Shown here: in pieces, positions 17,550 to 26,575 of the stretch | How the letters are laid out: each line of letters opens with the position of its first letter | Position numbering within the stretch: the stretch's first letter is position 1 | Assembly: GCA_964396535.1 (NCBI GenBank) | Contig: CAYNFT010000002.1 | Coordinates: 1-51,458, forward strand | DNA length: 51,458 nt | From: an uncultured Dehalococcoidales bacterium | GTDB lineage: Bacteria > Chloroflexota > Dehalococcoidia > Dehalococcoidales > UBA2162 | Reading direction: 5' to 3' | Notes under the pieces: model-generated | What the model was told of the DNA's origin: nothing | Seen by the model: the letters and a program-made list of their open reading frames with translations, nothing else | Database searches by the model: none | Made by a program: the position numbers and the translations under genes

Positions 17550-18653
17550 ATGGCAATCAGGACTGAACCGTTTGTACTTAACATGGGACCGGTGCATCCC
17601 AGCACTCACGGGGTGTACCGAATGAGGGTAACCCTTGACGGGGAAGTTGTTGTTAATCTGGAGCCGGTTGTTGGCTATCTGCACCGTGGAATAGAGAAGC
17701 TGGCTGAGGAACGGACCTATACGGGAGTTATTCCCCTGACTGACCGGCTGGACTATATATCCTCAATGAGCAATAACCTGGCATATGTCCTGGCCGTGGA
17801 AAAGCTGGCCGGAATAGAGGTCCCGGAACGAGCCGAATACCTGCGGGTCATCATGGCTGAGCTACAACGTATTGCCAACCACCTGATAGCTACCGGCTCC
17901 TTCTTTAATGATTGTGGCGCTTACTTTACTCCCTTTTTGCATATGTATCGGGAAAGAGAGAAGATAATAGACCTTTTTGAGATGGTCAGCGGTCAGCGTC
18001 TCACCTATAATTACATGCGGATTGGCGGTGTCAGCCAAGATATTCCCGAGGAATTTTTACCGGCTCTGGGCATGCTCTTAGAGCAAATGCCTCGCGCTGT
18101 TGATGAATTTGACCGGTTTCTAAAGGAAAACGAGATATTGCTGGCACGCGCTAAGGGCGTTGGCATTCTAACCAGAGAAAAGGCAATAAATTGCTCAATC
18201 ACCGGCCCGGTACTTCGCGCCAGCGGGGTCAAGTGGGACCTGCGTAAGGCAGACCCTTACTCCATTTATGACCGATTTGATTTTGATATACCCACCGGTA
18301 GTGCCGGTGACTGCTACGACCGCTACCGGATGAGAATCGAGGAAATGAGGCAGAGCCTGCGCATCCTTGGTCAAGCAGTAAAACAGCTACCATCCGGACC
18401 GGTAATAGCTGAGGTACCTCACCTGATTCACCCCCCGGTAGGAGAAGCTTACGCACATATTGAGTCACCCAAAGGCGAGCTCGCCTTTTACGTGGTATCG
18501 GATAATTCCATTGCACCTTACCGCTGCCATATCCGCCCAACCAGCCTGCTAAACCTGTCGGCTCTACGCGATATGGTAATCGGGTGGAAGATAGCCGACC
18601 TTATAATCATTTTCGGAAGCATTGATATCTGTTTAGGTGAGGTTGATAGATAG
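17550..18653 (+). CDS. nuoD: NADH-quinone oxidoreductase subunit D
   Basis: LNMGPVHPSTHGVYRM, HRGIEKL and RIGGV are present. I prefer ATG 17550 (GGAG upstream, MAIRTEPF...) over the tracked ATG 17502, which has no RBS. Confidence 0.9.
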   Translation: MAIRTEPFVLNMGPVHPSTHGVYRMRVTLDGEVVVNLEPVVGYLHRGIEKLAEERTYTGVIPLTDRLDYISSMSNNLAYVLAVEKLAGIEVPERAEYLRVIMAELQRIANHLIATGSFFNDCGAYFTPFLHMYREREKIIDLFEMVSGQRLTYNYMRIGGVSQDIPEEFLPALGMLLEQMPRAVDEFDRFLKENEILLARAKGVGILTREKAINCSITGPVLRASGVKWDLRKADPYSIYDRFDFDIPTGSAGDCYDRYRMRIEEMRQSLRILGQAVKQLPSGPVIAEVPHLIHPPVGEAYAHIESPKGELAFYVVSDNSIAPYRCHIRPTSLLNLSALRDMVIGWKIADLIIIFGSIDICLGEVDR

Positions 18654-19774
18654 TGTCTATAACTAATCCCGGCGTGAACGTGGCCACTTTGCAAACCCTG
18701 CCTCCTGACTGGCCAGGGGGGTTCTGGTGGCACTGGGTGCTTTTTACAATAATTATTATCGCCGTCGTTATAGTTATGGTCATGGCATACATATACATGG
18801 CGCGCCGACAAATTGGGCGGATGCAATCGCGCGTTGGACCCAACCGGACTGGCCCCTTTGGATTACTCCAGCCAATAGCTGACGTGTTGAAGGTACTGCT
18901 CAAAGAGGGTATTACGCCAGCTAATGTTGACAAGCCTGTCTACTGGCTGGCGCCAGTTGTTGCCCTTGTGCCGGTATTTCTAATCTTTGCGGTGGTGCCA
19001 TTTACCAATGGAGGAATGCTGGCTGACCTGAATGTTGGTATCCTCTACGTAGTGGCTATCAGCTCAATATCAACAGTAGGAATGTTTATGGCCGGGTGGG
19101 GCTCAAGTAATAAATTTTCCCTCATTAGCGCCATGCGCGTTGTTGCCGCAGTGATAAGCTATGAGTTTCCAGTGCTAATATCAATTGCTGGCGTGTTACT
19201 GCTGGCCGGTTCGCTATCTATGAACGATATAGTACTGGCTCAAAGAGATATCCCTTTCATTTTGTTGCAGCCGCTGGGCTTCATTATCTTTTTCATTGCC
19301 GGCCTGGCTGAGATTAGCCGCAGTCCCTTTGACCTCCTGGAAGCGGATTCGGAGATTGTCGCCGGTTTTCACATCGAATATTCCGGCATAAAATTTGCCT
19401 TGTTCTACCTGGTAGAATACGGTGAAGCCTTTATTTTGTCATGCTTGATTACCACTCTCTTCCTGGGCGGCTGGAGCGGACCGTGGCTACCTGAGTGGCT
19501 CTGGTTCATCGTTAAGGGTGTTATGGTGTGGTTTGTTATGATCTGGCTATGGGCGACGCTGCCCCGGGTTCGAATAGACCAGATGATGGCACTCGCCTGG
19601 AAGTTCCTCCTCCCCTTAGCCTTGATTAACCTGATTATCACCGCCATACAGGTACTAGCCTTACCGGAGGACTCGCTTTGGATAATGATACCGATTAATT
19701 TTGCCATAACGGCAGTACTGATACTGCTATGGTCTAAACGCTTTAAGTTAGGATGGGGTAGAGTTGAAGTTTGA
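18653..19774 (+). CDS. nuoH: NADH-quinone oxidoreductase subunit H
   Basis: ND1 family with RRQIGRMQSRVGPNRTGPFGLLQPIAD and AGFHIEYSG. It is a multi-TM protein. Confidence 0.9.
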   Translation: MSITNPGVNVATLQTLPPDWPGGFWWHWVLFTIIIIAVVIVMVMAYIYMARRQIGRMQSRVGPNRTGPFGLLQPIADVLKVLLKEGITPANVDKPVYWLAPVVALVPVFLIFAVVPFTNGGMLADLNVGILYVVAISSISTVGMFMAGWGSSNKFSLISAMRVVAAVISYEFPVLISIAGVLLLAGSLSMNDIVLAQRDIPFILLQPLGFIIFFIAGLAEISRSPFDLLEADSEIVAGFHIEYSGIKFALFYLVEYGEAFILSCLITTLFLGGWSGPWLPEWLWFIVKGVMVWFVMIWLWATLPRVRIDQMMALAWKFLLPLALINLIITAIQVLALPEDSLWIMIPINFAITAVLILLWSKRFKLGWGRVEV

Positions 19775-20270
19775 ACGGTACGGACTCGGCATAGCCAAAG
19801 GACTGTCGGTAACCCTGAAGCATATGTTTCGTCATCCGACAATATCGCAGTATCCGGAGCAGAGGCTGCATACCTCTCGCCGGATTCGAGGCAATGAGCT
19901 TGTCTGGGACCGGCAGAAGTGCACCGGTTGTGGCACCTGCGCCAAGACCTGCCCCCAGGGCGTGATTGAGATTGTTACCTCAACCAACCTGGTAGAAAAT
20001 AAATATGAGGTCGAGAAGTATCAGGTAGATACCGGCTACTGCATTCAGTGCGGCTTATGCGTTGAGGCTTGCCCCTATGGAGCGTTATTCATGGGTTATG
20101 CTTATGAGCGGGCAAAATACCGTCGCAGTGAGCTGGTACAGAATAAAGAAGACATGATGCTGGAATCAGGCGAAAAGCAGCCCAGCGGCTACTTCTACCC
20201 TGAAATTGCCGCCAAATTACCAAAACAAACACTGCTTCTGGAGAAGATTGTGGAGGTAGAGGAAGAGTAA
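19764..20270 (+). CDS. nuoI: NADH-quinone oxidoreductase subunit I
   Basis: Two 4Fe-4S motifs, CTGCGTCAKTCP and CIQCGLCVEACP. TTG start. Confidence 0.9.
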   Translation: MKFERYGLGIAKGLSVTLKHMFRHPTISQYPEQRLHTSRRIRGNELVWDRQKCTGCGTCAKTCPQGVIEIVTSTNLVENKYEVEKYQVDTGYCIQCGLCVEACPYGALFMGYAYERAKYRRSELVQNKEDMMLESGEKQPSGYFYPEIAAKLPKQTLLLEKIVEVEEE

Positions 20271-20758
20271 TGGGACTGGACATTGCCTTCTGGATGTTAG
20301 CTATAGTTGGCGTAGGTGCTGCTCTAACAGTGGTTCTGCTTCGAAATGTCTTCCGGGCAGCCCTGGCTTTGATTCTGTGTTTCTTGACCGTCGCCGGAAT
20401 CTATGTCACCCTTAGTGCTGACTTTCTGGCAGCGGCACAGATTCTGATTTACGTTGGCGGTATATCGATATTAATTATATTGGGAATCATGCTGACCAGA
20501 GAAGTTCAGCAGGGTAGCCCTTCCAATAAACTACGAATTCCAGCTTTTATAGTGGCTGCTATATTCCTGGGGGTAATGATTTTTGCTCTGGTTAATAACC
20601 CGTGGCAGGTGTCTACCGCACCACCCCTTGAGCCTACTACTTCAGCCCTGGCAGGCAAGCTGCTGGGTGAAGGAGGTTTCATCTTAGCCGTAGAGATTGC
20701 CGCTACCCTCTTGTTAGCCGCTATATTGGGAGCTATCGTTTTGGTGAGGGAGAAATGA
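20270..20758 (+). CDS. nuoJ: NADH-quinone oxidoreductase subunit J
   Basis: ND6-like, 162 aa, 5 TM helices, in the expected position in the operon. Confidence 0.85.
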   Translation: MGLDIAFWMLAIVGVGAALTVVLLRNVFRAALALILCFLTVAGIYVTLSADFLAAAQILIYVGGISILIILGIMLTREVQQGSPSNKLRIPAFIVAAIFLGVMIFALVNNPWQVSTAPPLEPTTSALAGKLLGEGGFILAVEIAATLLLAAILGAIVLVREK

Positions 20759-20838
20759 TCAGTTTGAGAAACTATCGTCTTAGCGAGAGCGAAAAACTGG
20801 TTTTAGGAACTATCGTCTTGCTGAGGGAGCAAAAATAG
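20726..20838 (+). repeat. 38-39 nt tandem triplication of the nuoJ 3' end
   Basis: The CTATCGT cores lie at 20733, 20772 and 20810. The units are ..GGGAGCTATCGTTTTGGTGAGGGAGAAATGA, ..GAGAAACTATCGTCTTAGCGAGAGCGAAAAA and ..TAGGAACTATCGTCTTGCTGAGGGAGCAAAAATAG. Confidence 0.8.
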
Positions 20839-21149
20839 TGTCTATAGGTTTGGAACATTACTTAATACTGTCAGCCGTTCTATTTTCTATCGGGCTATTT
20901 GGAGCATTGACTAAACGCAATACTGTAGTTATCCTAATGTGCGTTGAAATTATGCTCAATGCGGTTAATATCACCATGGTTGCTTTCTCACGCTTTATTG
21001 CACCAACACTGCTGACAGGGCAGATTTTCACTATTTTCATTATGGTTGTCGCCGCCGCTGAGGCAGCCGTTGGCTTAGCCATAATAATCGCCATCTATCG
21101 TAGCCGTGAAACTATCGAAAGCACCGATATTGACTTAATGAAAGGGTAG
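20838..21149 (+). CDS. nuoK: NADH-quinone oxidoreductase subunit K
   Basis: ND4L-like, 103 aa, 3 TM helices, GTG start. Confidence 0.9.
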   Translation: MSIGLEHYLILSAVLFSIGLFGALTKRNTVVILMCVEIMLNAVNITMVAFSRFIAPTLLTGQIFTIFIMVVAAAEAAVGLAIIIAIYRSRETIESTDIDLMKG

Positions 21150-21268
21150 GGAGGCTTAAAGGGGCAAAGCCTCCATAATAACAGGGAGTCAAAGAGGGGC
21201 GAAGCTCCTCTCAAGAAGAATCTTCCCCTTCCCCTTGGCAAGAGGAAGGGGATACAGGGGATAAGAGT
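21148..21268. repeat. modular intergenic repeat, copy R7 (inverted orientation; 2 M2-like + M1)
   Basis: The sequence is GGAGGCTT-aaaggggca-AAGCCTCC, then GGGAGTCAAAGAGGGGC-gaa-GCTCCTCTC, then CTTCCCCTTCCCCTT-ggc-AAGAGGAAGGGGATACAGGGGATAAG. Confidence 0.8.
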
Positions 21269-21302
21269 TAAAAAAATCAGGGGAGAGATAGAACAGAATA
21301 GA

Positions 21303-21497
21303 ATGTGGGTAGAGATAAAAAAAACGAAAAATCTGATGATAGCTGAGACGTGGAAGGAACTCTTCGAGGGTGAAGGGATACCTACCCGTATATTGCCGGC
21401 TTCTGGAGAGCCGATGGGGCAGGAATTAGCCACCTATCGTATCCTAGTGCCGGAAGATAAAAAACATGTTATTGAAGAGGTGTTAAGGAAACTATAA
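21303..21497 (+). CDS. small DUF2007-like (putative signal-transducing, ferredoxin-fold) protein inserted in the nuo operon
   Basis: 64 aa. AETWKELFEGEGIPTRIL...YRILVPEDKKHVIEEVL follows the DUF2007 pattern as I remember it. Its stop overlaps the nuoL ATG (TAATG). Confidence 0.55.
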   Translation: MWVEIKKTKNLMIAETWKELFEGEGIPTRILPASGEPMGQELATYRILVPEDKKHVIEEVLRKL

Positions 21498-23434
21498 TGC
21501 CAAGTCAAGTAATCTGGCTTATATTTCTACTGCCGGTCTTCTCCTTCTTAATAATCTCCTTGTTCGTCAGACCCTTCGTGAAGCAGGAGTCAAGAGTGGC
21601 TGGTTATATCACCATCGCCGCTCTTACCGGCTCATTAGCACTATCGATCTGGTTACTGACAGCAACGATGGGAGACCCTCATCACGAACTCACAGTCCCA
21701 GATATTAGCTGGGTAGCTGTTGGCAATCTTAATATTCATCTCGGAGTTATGGTAGATTCGCTCACAGCGGTAATGGTAGTAGTAGTTACCGTAGTCAGCC
21801 TGATGGTGCAGATTTATTCACAGGGCTATATGGAGGGAGACCCCGGTTACCACCGATACTACGCCTTCATGTCATTATTTACAGCTTCAATGCTGGGCGT
21901 GGTAATGTCGGACAGTCTACTCCTGATATTCGTCTTCTGGGAAGGAGTTGGTTTATGCTCCTACCTTCTCATCGGCTTCTGGTTCCATCGCCCATCGGCA
22001 GCCAATGCAGCCAAAAAGGCTTTTATCGTTACCCGGTTTGGCGACTTCGGCTTCCTGGCTGCTATCCTGCTTATATTTGCCAAGACGGGAACTTTTGATA
22101 TTGCTGAACTGCACGGAATGGCGGTAACCGGGGCCTTAGCTGGCACCGTTCTTACCTGGGCAGCTATCGGCATCTTTTCCGGTGCGGTGGGCAAGTCTGC
22201 TCAATTCCCGCTCCATGTGTGGCTACCCGACGCTATGGAGGGTCCGACGCCGGTCAGCGCCTTAATTCATTCCGCTACCATGGTCTCCGCCGGCGTCTTT
22301 CTGGTCGCCCGCACCTTCCCCCTCTTCGCCCATTCGATAGAAGCAGTAACAACGGTAGCCATTATCGGTGGGGTTACCGCCATCTTTGCCGCTTCTATGG
22401 GGTTGGTGATGACTGATATTAAGCGGGTTCTTGCCTACTCTACCATCAGCCAGCTTGGCTACATGATGCTGGGGTTAGGAGCCGCAGGCATCGGTATAGC
22501 TAATGGAGGCAATGCTACTTTGGAGGCTGCTAAAGCAGCCGCAGCTATCGGTATATTCCACCTGTTTAATCACGCTTTCTTCAAGGCACTGCTGTTTCTT
22601 GGAGCCGGCAGCGTAAACCACGCCACCGGCACCTTTGACATGCGCCTGATGGGTGGATTGCGCAAGATAATGCCCTGGACCTTCATCACATTCATTATCG
22701 CCTCACTTAGTCTGGCTGGTATCTGGCCGCTATCTGGATTCTGGAGCAAGGACGAGATTCTGGCTATTTCTCTGGAAAACCAGCCCGCCCTGTTTGCTCT
22801 AGTCCTGATAACCGTATTTATGACCGCCTTCTATATGTTCCGGGTAATATTCCTTACCTTTGGCGGGGAGTACCGGGGAGGTGACCCTGAAGCTCACGGG
22901 CATCCCCATGAATCGTCTCTGGTAATGGTGGTGCCTATGGTAATTCTGGCTGTCCTGGCCGTTATCTCCGGCTTCTGGAATACCGGTGGGGGATTTGCCG
23001 AATTTATGGGAGAGCATCATGCTCATGCCCCCGGCTTTTTCGGTATTCTGGGACAGGGCTTGCCCTGGCTCTCACTGATACTGGCCGGGTTGGGCATCCT
23101 CGTAGCTTATGCTATGTACAGCAAAAAGTGGCTTTCTGCTGAGCGAATAGGCAGTATGTTCAAGCCCCTCTACACCCTGTTTCTCCACAAATACTGGCTT
23201 GACGAGCTATACGAGAATCTCATTGTAAGAAAGGCTTTAATTGGTGGATTCTTTGCCGGCCTGGAGCAAATTGATACCGGTGGTGTGGATGGTGTTGTAA
23301 ACGCAGTGGCCGAGGGAGCCTATACTGAAGGTGGACTCATCAGAAAGATGCAGACCGGCCAGCTACAGCTCTACGGCTTATTTATTGGAATTGGTATTGT
23401 AGCTATCGTTCTTGTCCTGTATATCTTTGGTTGA
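21497..23434 (+). CDS. nuoL: NADH-quinone oxidoreductase subunit L
   Basis: ND5 family, 645 aa, with SQGYMEGDPGYHRYYAF, WEGVGLCSYLLIGFW and a long C-terminal extension. Confidence 0.9.
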   Translation: MPSQVIWLIFLLPVFSFLIISLFVRPFVKQESRVAGYITIAALTGSLALSIWLLTATMGDPHHELTVPDISWVAVGNLNIHLGVMVDSLTAVMVVVVTVVSLMVQIYSQGYMEGDPGYHRYYAFMSLFTASMLGVVMSDSLLLIFVFWEGVGLCSYLLIGFWFHRPSAANAAKKAFIVTRFGDFGFLAAILLIFAKTGTFDIAELHGMAVTGALAGTVLTWAAIGIFSGAVGKSAQFPLHVWLPDAMEGPTPVSALIHSATMVSAGVFLVARTFPLFAHSIEAVTTVAIIGGVTAIFAASMGLVMTDIKRVLAYSTISQLGYMMLGLGAAGIGIANGGNATLEAAKAAAAIGIFHLFNHAFFKALLFLGAGSVNHATGTFDMRLMGGLRKIMPWTFITFIIASLSLAGIWPLSGFWSKDEILAISLENQPALFALVLITVFMTAFYMFRVIFLTFGGEYRGGDPEAHGHPHESSLVMVVPMVILAVLAVISGFWNTGGGFAEFMGEHHAHAPGFFGILGQGLPWLSLILAGLGILVAYAMYSKKWLSAERIGSMFKPLYTLFLHKYWLDELYENLIVRKALIGGFFAGLEQIDTGGVDGVVNAVAEGAYTEGGLIRKMQTGQLQLYGLFIGIGIVAIVLVLYIFG

Positions 23435-23450
23435 AAAGGAGTCAGCATAA

Positions 23451-24929
23451 TTGGACTGTAATTACCTGACCTGGATAGTTTTTCTGCCGCTGGCAGGGGC
23501 AATCCTTATTGCCCTTTTCGGCGGTGGCCGGGAAAAACTGACTAAATACCTGGCGGCTATTTTTACCATTGTGCCTCTGATTTTAGCCATTGTTGCCTTT
23601 GCCAGCTTCGACAGGTCAGCAGGGGCGGAAGTATTTCAGTTTCAGACAAAGGTCTCCTGGATTTCAGCCATTAATGCTAACTTCCATCTGGGTGTTGATG
23701 GGTTGAGCTTACCGCTGGTGGTGCTGACCGCTTTTCTGGGTCTGGTGGTAGTGCTTCTATCCTGGAAGGAACACCTCAGAGTGCGTGAATATTTCGTCTG
23801 GCTCCTGCTCCTCGAAACGAGTATCCTGGGGGTGTTCTGCTCCCTCGACCTGCTGCTGTTCTTCGTCTTCTGGGAGATAGAGATTATCCCTATGTATTTC
23901 CTCATCTCTATCTGGGGTTCAGGCAGGAAAGAATACTCAGCGATAAAGTACGTTGTTTACACTTTATTCGGCAGTGCTCTGATGCTGGCCGGCATTCTCA
24001 GCCTCTACTTCACTACCGGTAGTTTGAATATGGTGGAGATAGCCCGGGGTGGACTGGCTATGGTGCAATCGGTTATGCCCGCAGCAGCCATCTTCCTCTT
24101 GCTGATTGTCGGCTTTGCTGTCAAGCTGCCCGTCGTTCCACTGCATACCTGGCTACCAGATGCCCATACCGATGCCCCGACGGCAGGAAGCGTGATGCTG
24201 GCCGGGGCACTAATCAAGATGGGCGGCTACGGGATGATTCGAGTCTGCGTAAGCATCTTCCCAGAGGTTGCCCGAGATTATGCCCCCGTACTGCTGACAC
24301 TGGCGGTGATTAGCGTGCTCTACGGAGCCGCCATAACCTTGAGGCAGAATGACCTCAAGAGACTAATCGCTTACAGTAGTGTTAGCCATATGGGGCTGGT
24401 GCTGCTTGGCGTCTTTGCTCTGGGAGAGGTGAGCCTGACCGGAGCTGCCCTGCAGATGGTCAGCCATGGTCTCCTCACTGGCCTGCTCTTTGCTATGGCA
24501 GGTCTGACCATACACAACGTCGAGGAGCGCGACCTTAGAAAGCTCGGCGGTCTGGCACGGCAGATGCCGATTATCGCTGTTATTTTCTCAATAGCCGGAC
24601 TGGGTTCTCTCGGGCTGCCGACTACCAGCGGCTTTGCCGCCGAGTTTATAACCTTTACCGGCAGCTTTTCCAGCGGCGCTCAGGTATACACCATTCTGGC
24701 AGTTATCGGCGTGGTTCTGGCTGCTGGCTATACCCTCTGGATGCTGCAACGGACATTCTACGGTCCGGTACTGGAGCAGTACGATGGTGTCAAGGATGCA
24801 GATACTCTGGAAAGGGTCTATATGTTTGCCTTCGTAGCTTTGATTATGCTGGTCGGTATTTATCCGGCAATCCTGACCGATATTATCAAGCTTGGTATTT
24901 CGCCCATAGCGGGCTTAATAGGTGGTTAA
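23451..24929 (+). CDS. nuoM: NADH-quinone oxidoreductase subunit M
   Basis: ND4 family, 492 aa, with FFVFWEIEIIPMYFLI and HTWLPDAHTDAPTAGSV. TTG start. Confidence 0.9.
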   Translation: MDCNYLTWIVFLPLAGAILIALFGGGREKLTKYLAAIFTIVPLILAIVAFASFDRSAGAEVFQFQTKVSWISAINANFHLGVDGLSLPLVVLTAFLGLVVVLLSWKEHLRVREYFVWLLLLETSILGVFCSLDLLLFFVFWEIEIIPMYFLISIWGSGRKEYSAIKYVVYTLFGSALMLAGILSLYFTTGSLNMVEIARGGLAMVQSVMPAAAIFLLLIVGFAVKLPVVPLHTWLPDAHTDAPTAGSVMLAGALIKMGGYGMIRVCVSIFPEVARDYAPVLLTLAVISVLYGAAITLRQNDLKRLIAYSSVSHMGLVLLGVFALGEVSLTGAALQMVSHGLLTGLLFAMAGLTIHNVEERDLRKLGGLARQMPIIAVIFSIAGLGSLGLPTTSGFAAEFITFTGSFSSGAQVYTILAVIGVVLAAGYTLWMLQRTFYGPVLEQYDGVKDADTLERVYMFAFVALIMLVGIYPAILTDIIKLGISPIAGLIGG

Positions 24930-24986
24930 AGCGGGTTCCCAGAAAAATCTCCGATTTTTCTGGGTGCTTAAAATAAGGAGTAGATA

Positions 24987-26444
24987 TTGAATCTTGGGCT
25001 CTTCATACCAGAGATAAGTCTGGCTGCCTTCGCTGTAGTCGTAATCCTGCTTGACCTTTTTATCGAGCGAAAGGGAGCGTTAGCGGTAATCAGCCTGATT
25101 GGCCTGGTGGTAGCCGCTGGCTTCACCATAGCCATGCGGGGTACTTTTGAGGGCATCTTTAACAATATGCTGGCGGTGGATGGCTTTGCCATCTTCTTTA
25201 AGTTGCTATTCCTGGGCATTGCTGGTCTGGTTATTCTAGCCTCGACTGATTATGTATCAAAGTTTGCCCGCTTTCGGGGTGAATACTATGCTCTGGTGCT
25301 TTTATCGGCACTGGGGATGATGCTGATGGCAGCCACCAAGGAGCTAATCTCCATCTATATCGCTCTGGAGCTAACCAGTATCTCGCTCTATGTTCTGGCT
25401 GGCTTTCTGAAAGACCAGAAATCAACTGAATCCTCACTTAAATACCTGCTGCTGGGCGCTATATCCTCGGCGGTACTGCTCTACGGCATGGCGCTGGTCT
25501 TCGGCTCCACCGGTGAGACGCAACTGGGTAAGATTGCCGAGGCTATCCAGGGGATGTCTCTGGCAACTGTTTCAGCCAGTCCGGCACTTATCGTGGGTAT
25601 AGTGCTGATGGTAGCTGGCTTCGGCTTCAAGATTGCCGCCGTCCCCTTCCACATGTGGGTGCCCGATGTCTATGAGGGAGCACCAACACCGATAGTTGCC
25701 TATCTCTCCGTAGGCAGCAAGGCGGCCGGCTTTGCCATTATCCTTCGGGTCTTTTCCTCCGCCTTCGGACTCCCTGACTGGCTTAGCTTGAACTGGGGTA
25801 TAATCTTTGCCGTTCTTGCCGCTATCGGTATGTTCCTGGGTAATTTAACCGCCCTTCCCCAGACCAACATCAAGCGTATGCTGGGCTACTCCAGCATAGC
25901 TCAGGCCGGCTACCTTATGGTGGGGCTGGCTACGATGGGAGTTTCCCCATCCGCCGATATTATGGGGCAGAGCGGCGTTCTCTTCTTCCTGGCTGGCTAC
26001 GCACTTGCCAACCTGGGAGCCTTTACCGCTATTATCGCTATTTCAAATAAGCTTGGCAGTGACCTAATTGCGGATTTCTCAGGTATGATTAAGCGGGCAC
26101 CGCTGCTGGCTTTAGCCCTGAGCCTGTGCCTCATTTCTCTTATTGGCATGCCGCCAGCCGTCGGCTTCATGGCTAAGTTCTATATCTTCAGAGGTGCCGT
26201 GCAGAATGGCTTGCTGTGGCTGGTGATTATTGCCGTGCTAAACAGCGTAATCTCCGCCTATTACTATCTGCGGGTGGTGAAAGTGATGTGGTTTGGCGAG
26301 CCAGCCTCTAAAGAAAAGGTGCCCTCTTCCGGAGCTCTAAGGTTGGCCCTGGCCGTCTCTTGCCTGGGTGTCCTGCTTCTGGGCATTATCCCCGGCTACA
26401 TAATGAACCTGGCCGAATCAGCCACCAGACTGTTCACTTCTTAA
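24987..26444 (+). CDS. nuoN: NADH-quinone oxidoreductase subunit N
   Basis: ND2 family, 485 aa, with FHMWVPDVYEGAPTP. TTG start after AAGGAG. Confidence 0.9.
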   Translation: MNLGLFIPEISLAAFAVVVILLDLFIERKGALAVISLIGLVVAAGFTIAMRGTFEGIFNNMLAVDGFAIFFKLLFLGIAGLVILASTDYVSKFARFRGEYYALVLLSALGMMLMAATKELISIYIALELTSISLYVLAGFLKDQKSTESSLKYLLLGAISSAVLLYGMALVFGSTGETQLGKIAEAIQGMSLATVSASPALIVGIVLMVAGFGFKIAAVPFHMWVPDVYEGAPTPIVAYLSVGSKAAGFAIILRVFSSAFGLPDWLSLNWGIIFAVLAAIGMFLGNLTALPQTNIKRMLGYSSIAQAGYLMVGLATMGVSPSADIMGQSGVLFFLAGYALANLGAFTAIIAISNKLGSDLIADFSGMIKRAPLLALALSLCLISLIGMPPAVGFMAKFYIFRGAVQNGLLWLVIIAVLNSVISAYYYLRVVKVMWFGEPASKEKVPSSGALRLALAVSCLGVLLLGIIPGYIMNLAESATRLFTS

Positions 26445-26575
26445 CCACCTGCTTAGGCAACACCCACCCTCAAAAATTCTTTCCTGTTTCCCACCTGATT
26501 AGAGCTACTAGCAGGGCTATTACTGCCCAGTCACTAGCTCCGGTCCCCTCCTAAGCTTACTTGGCTCTCTGTCCG

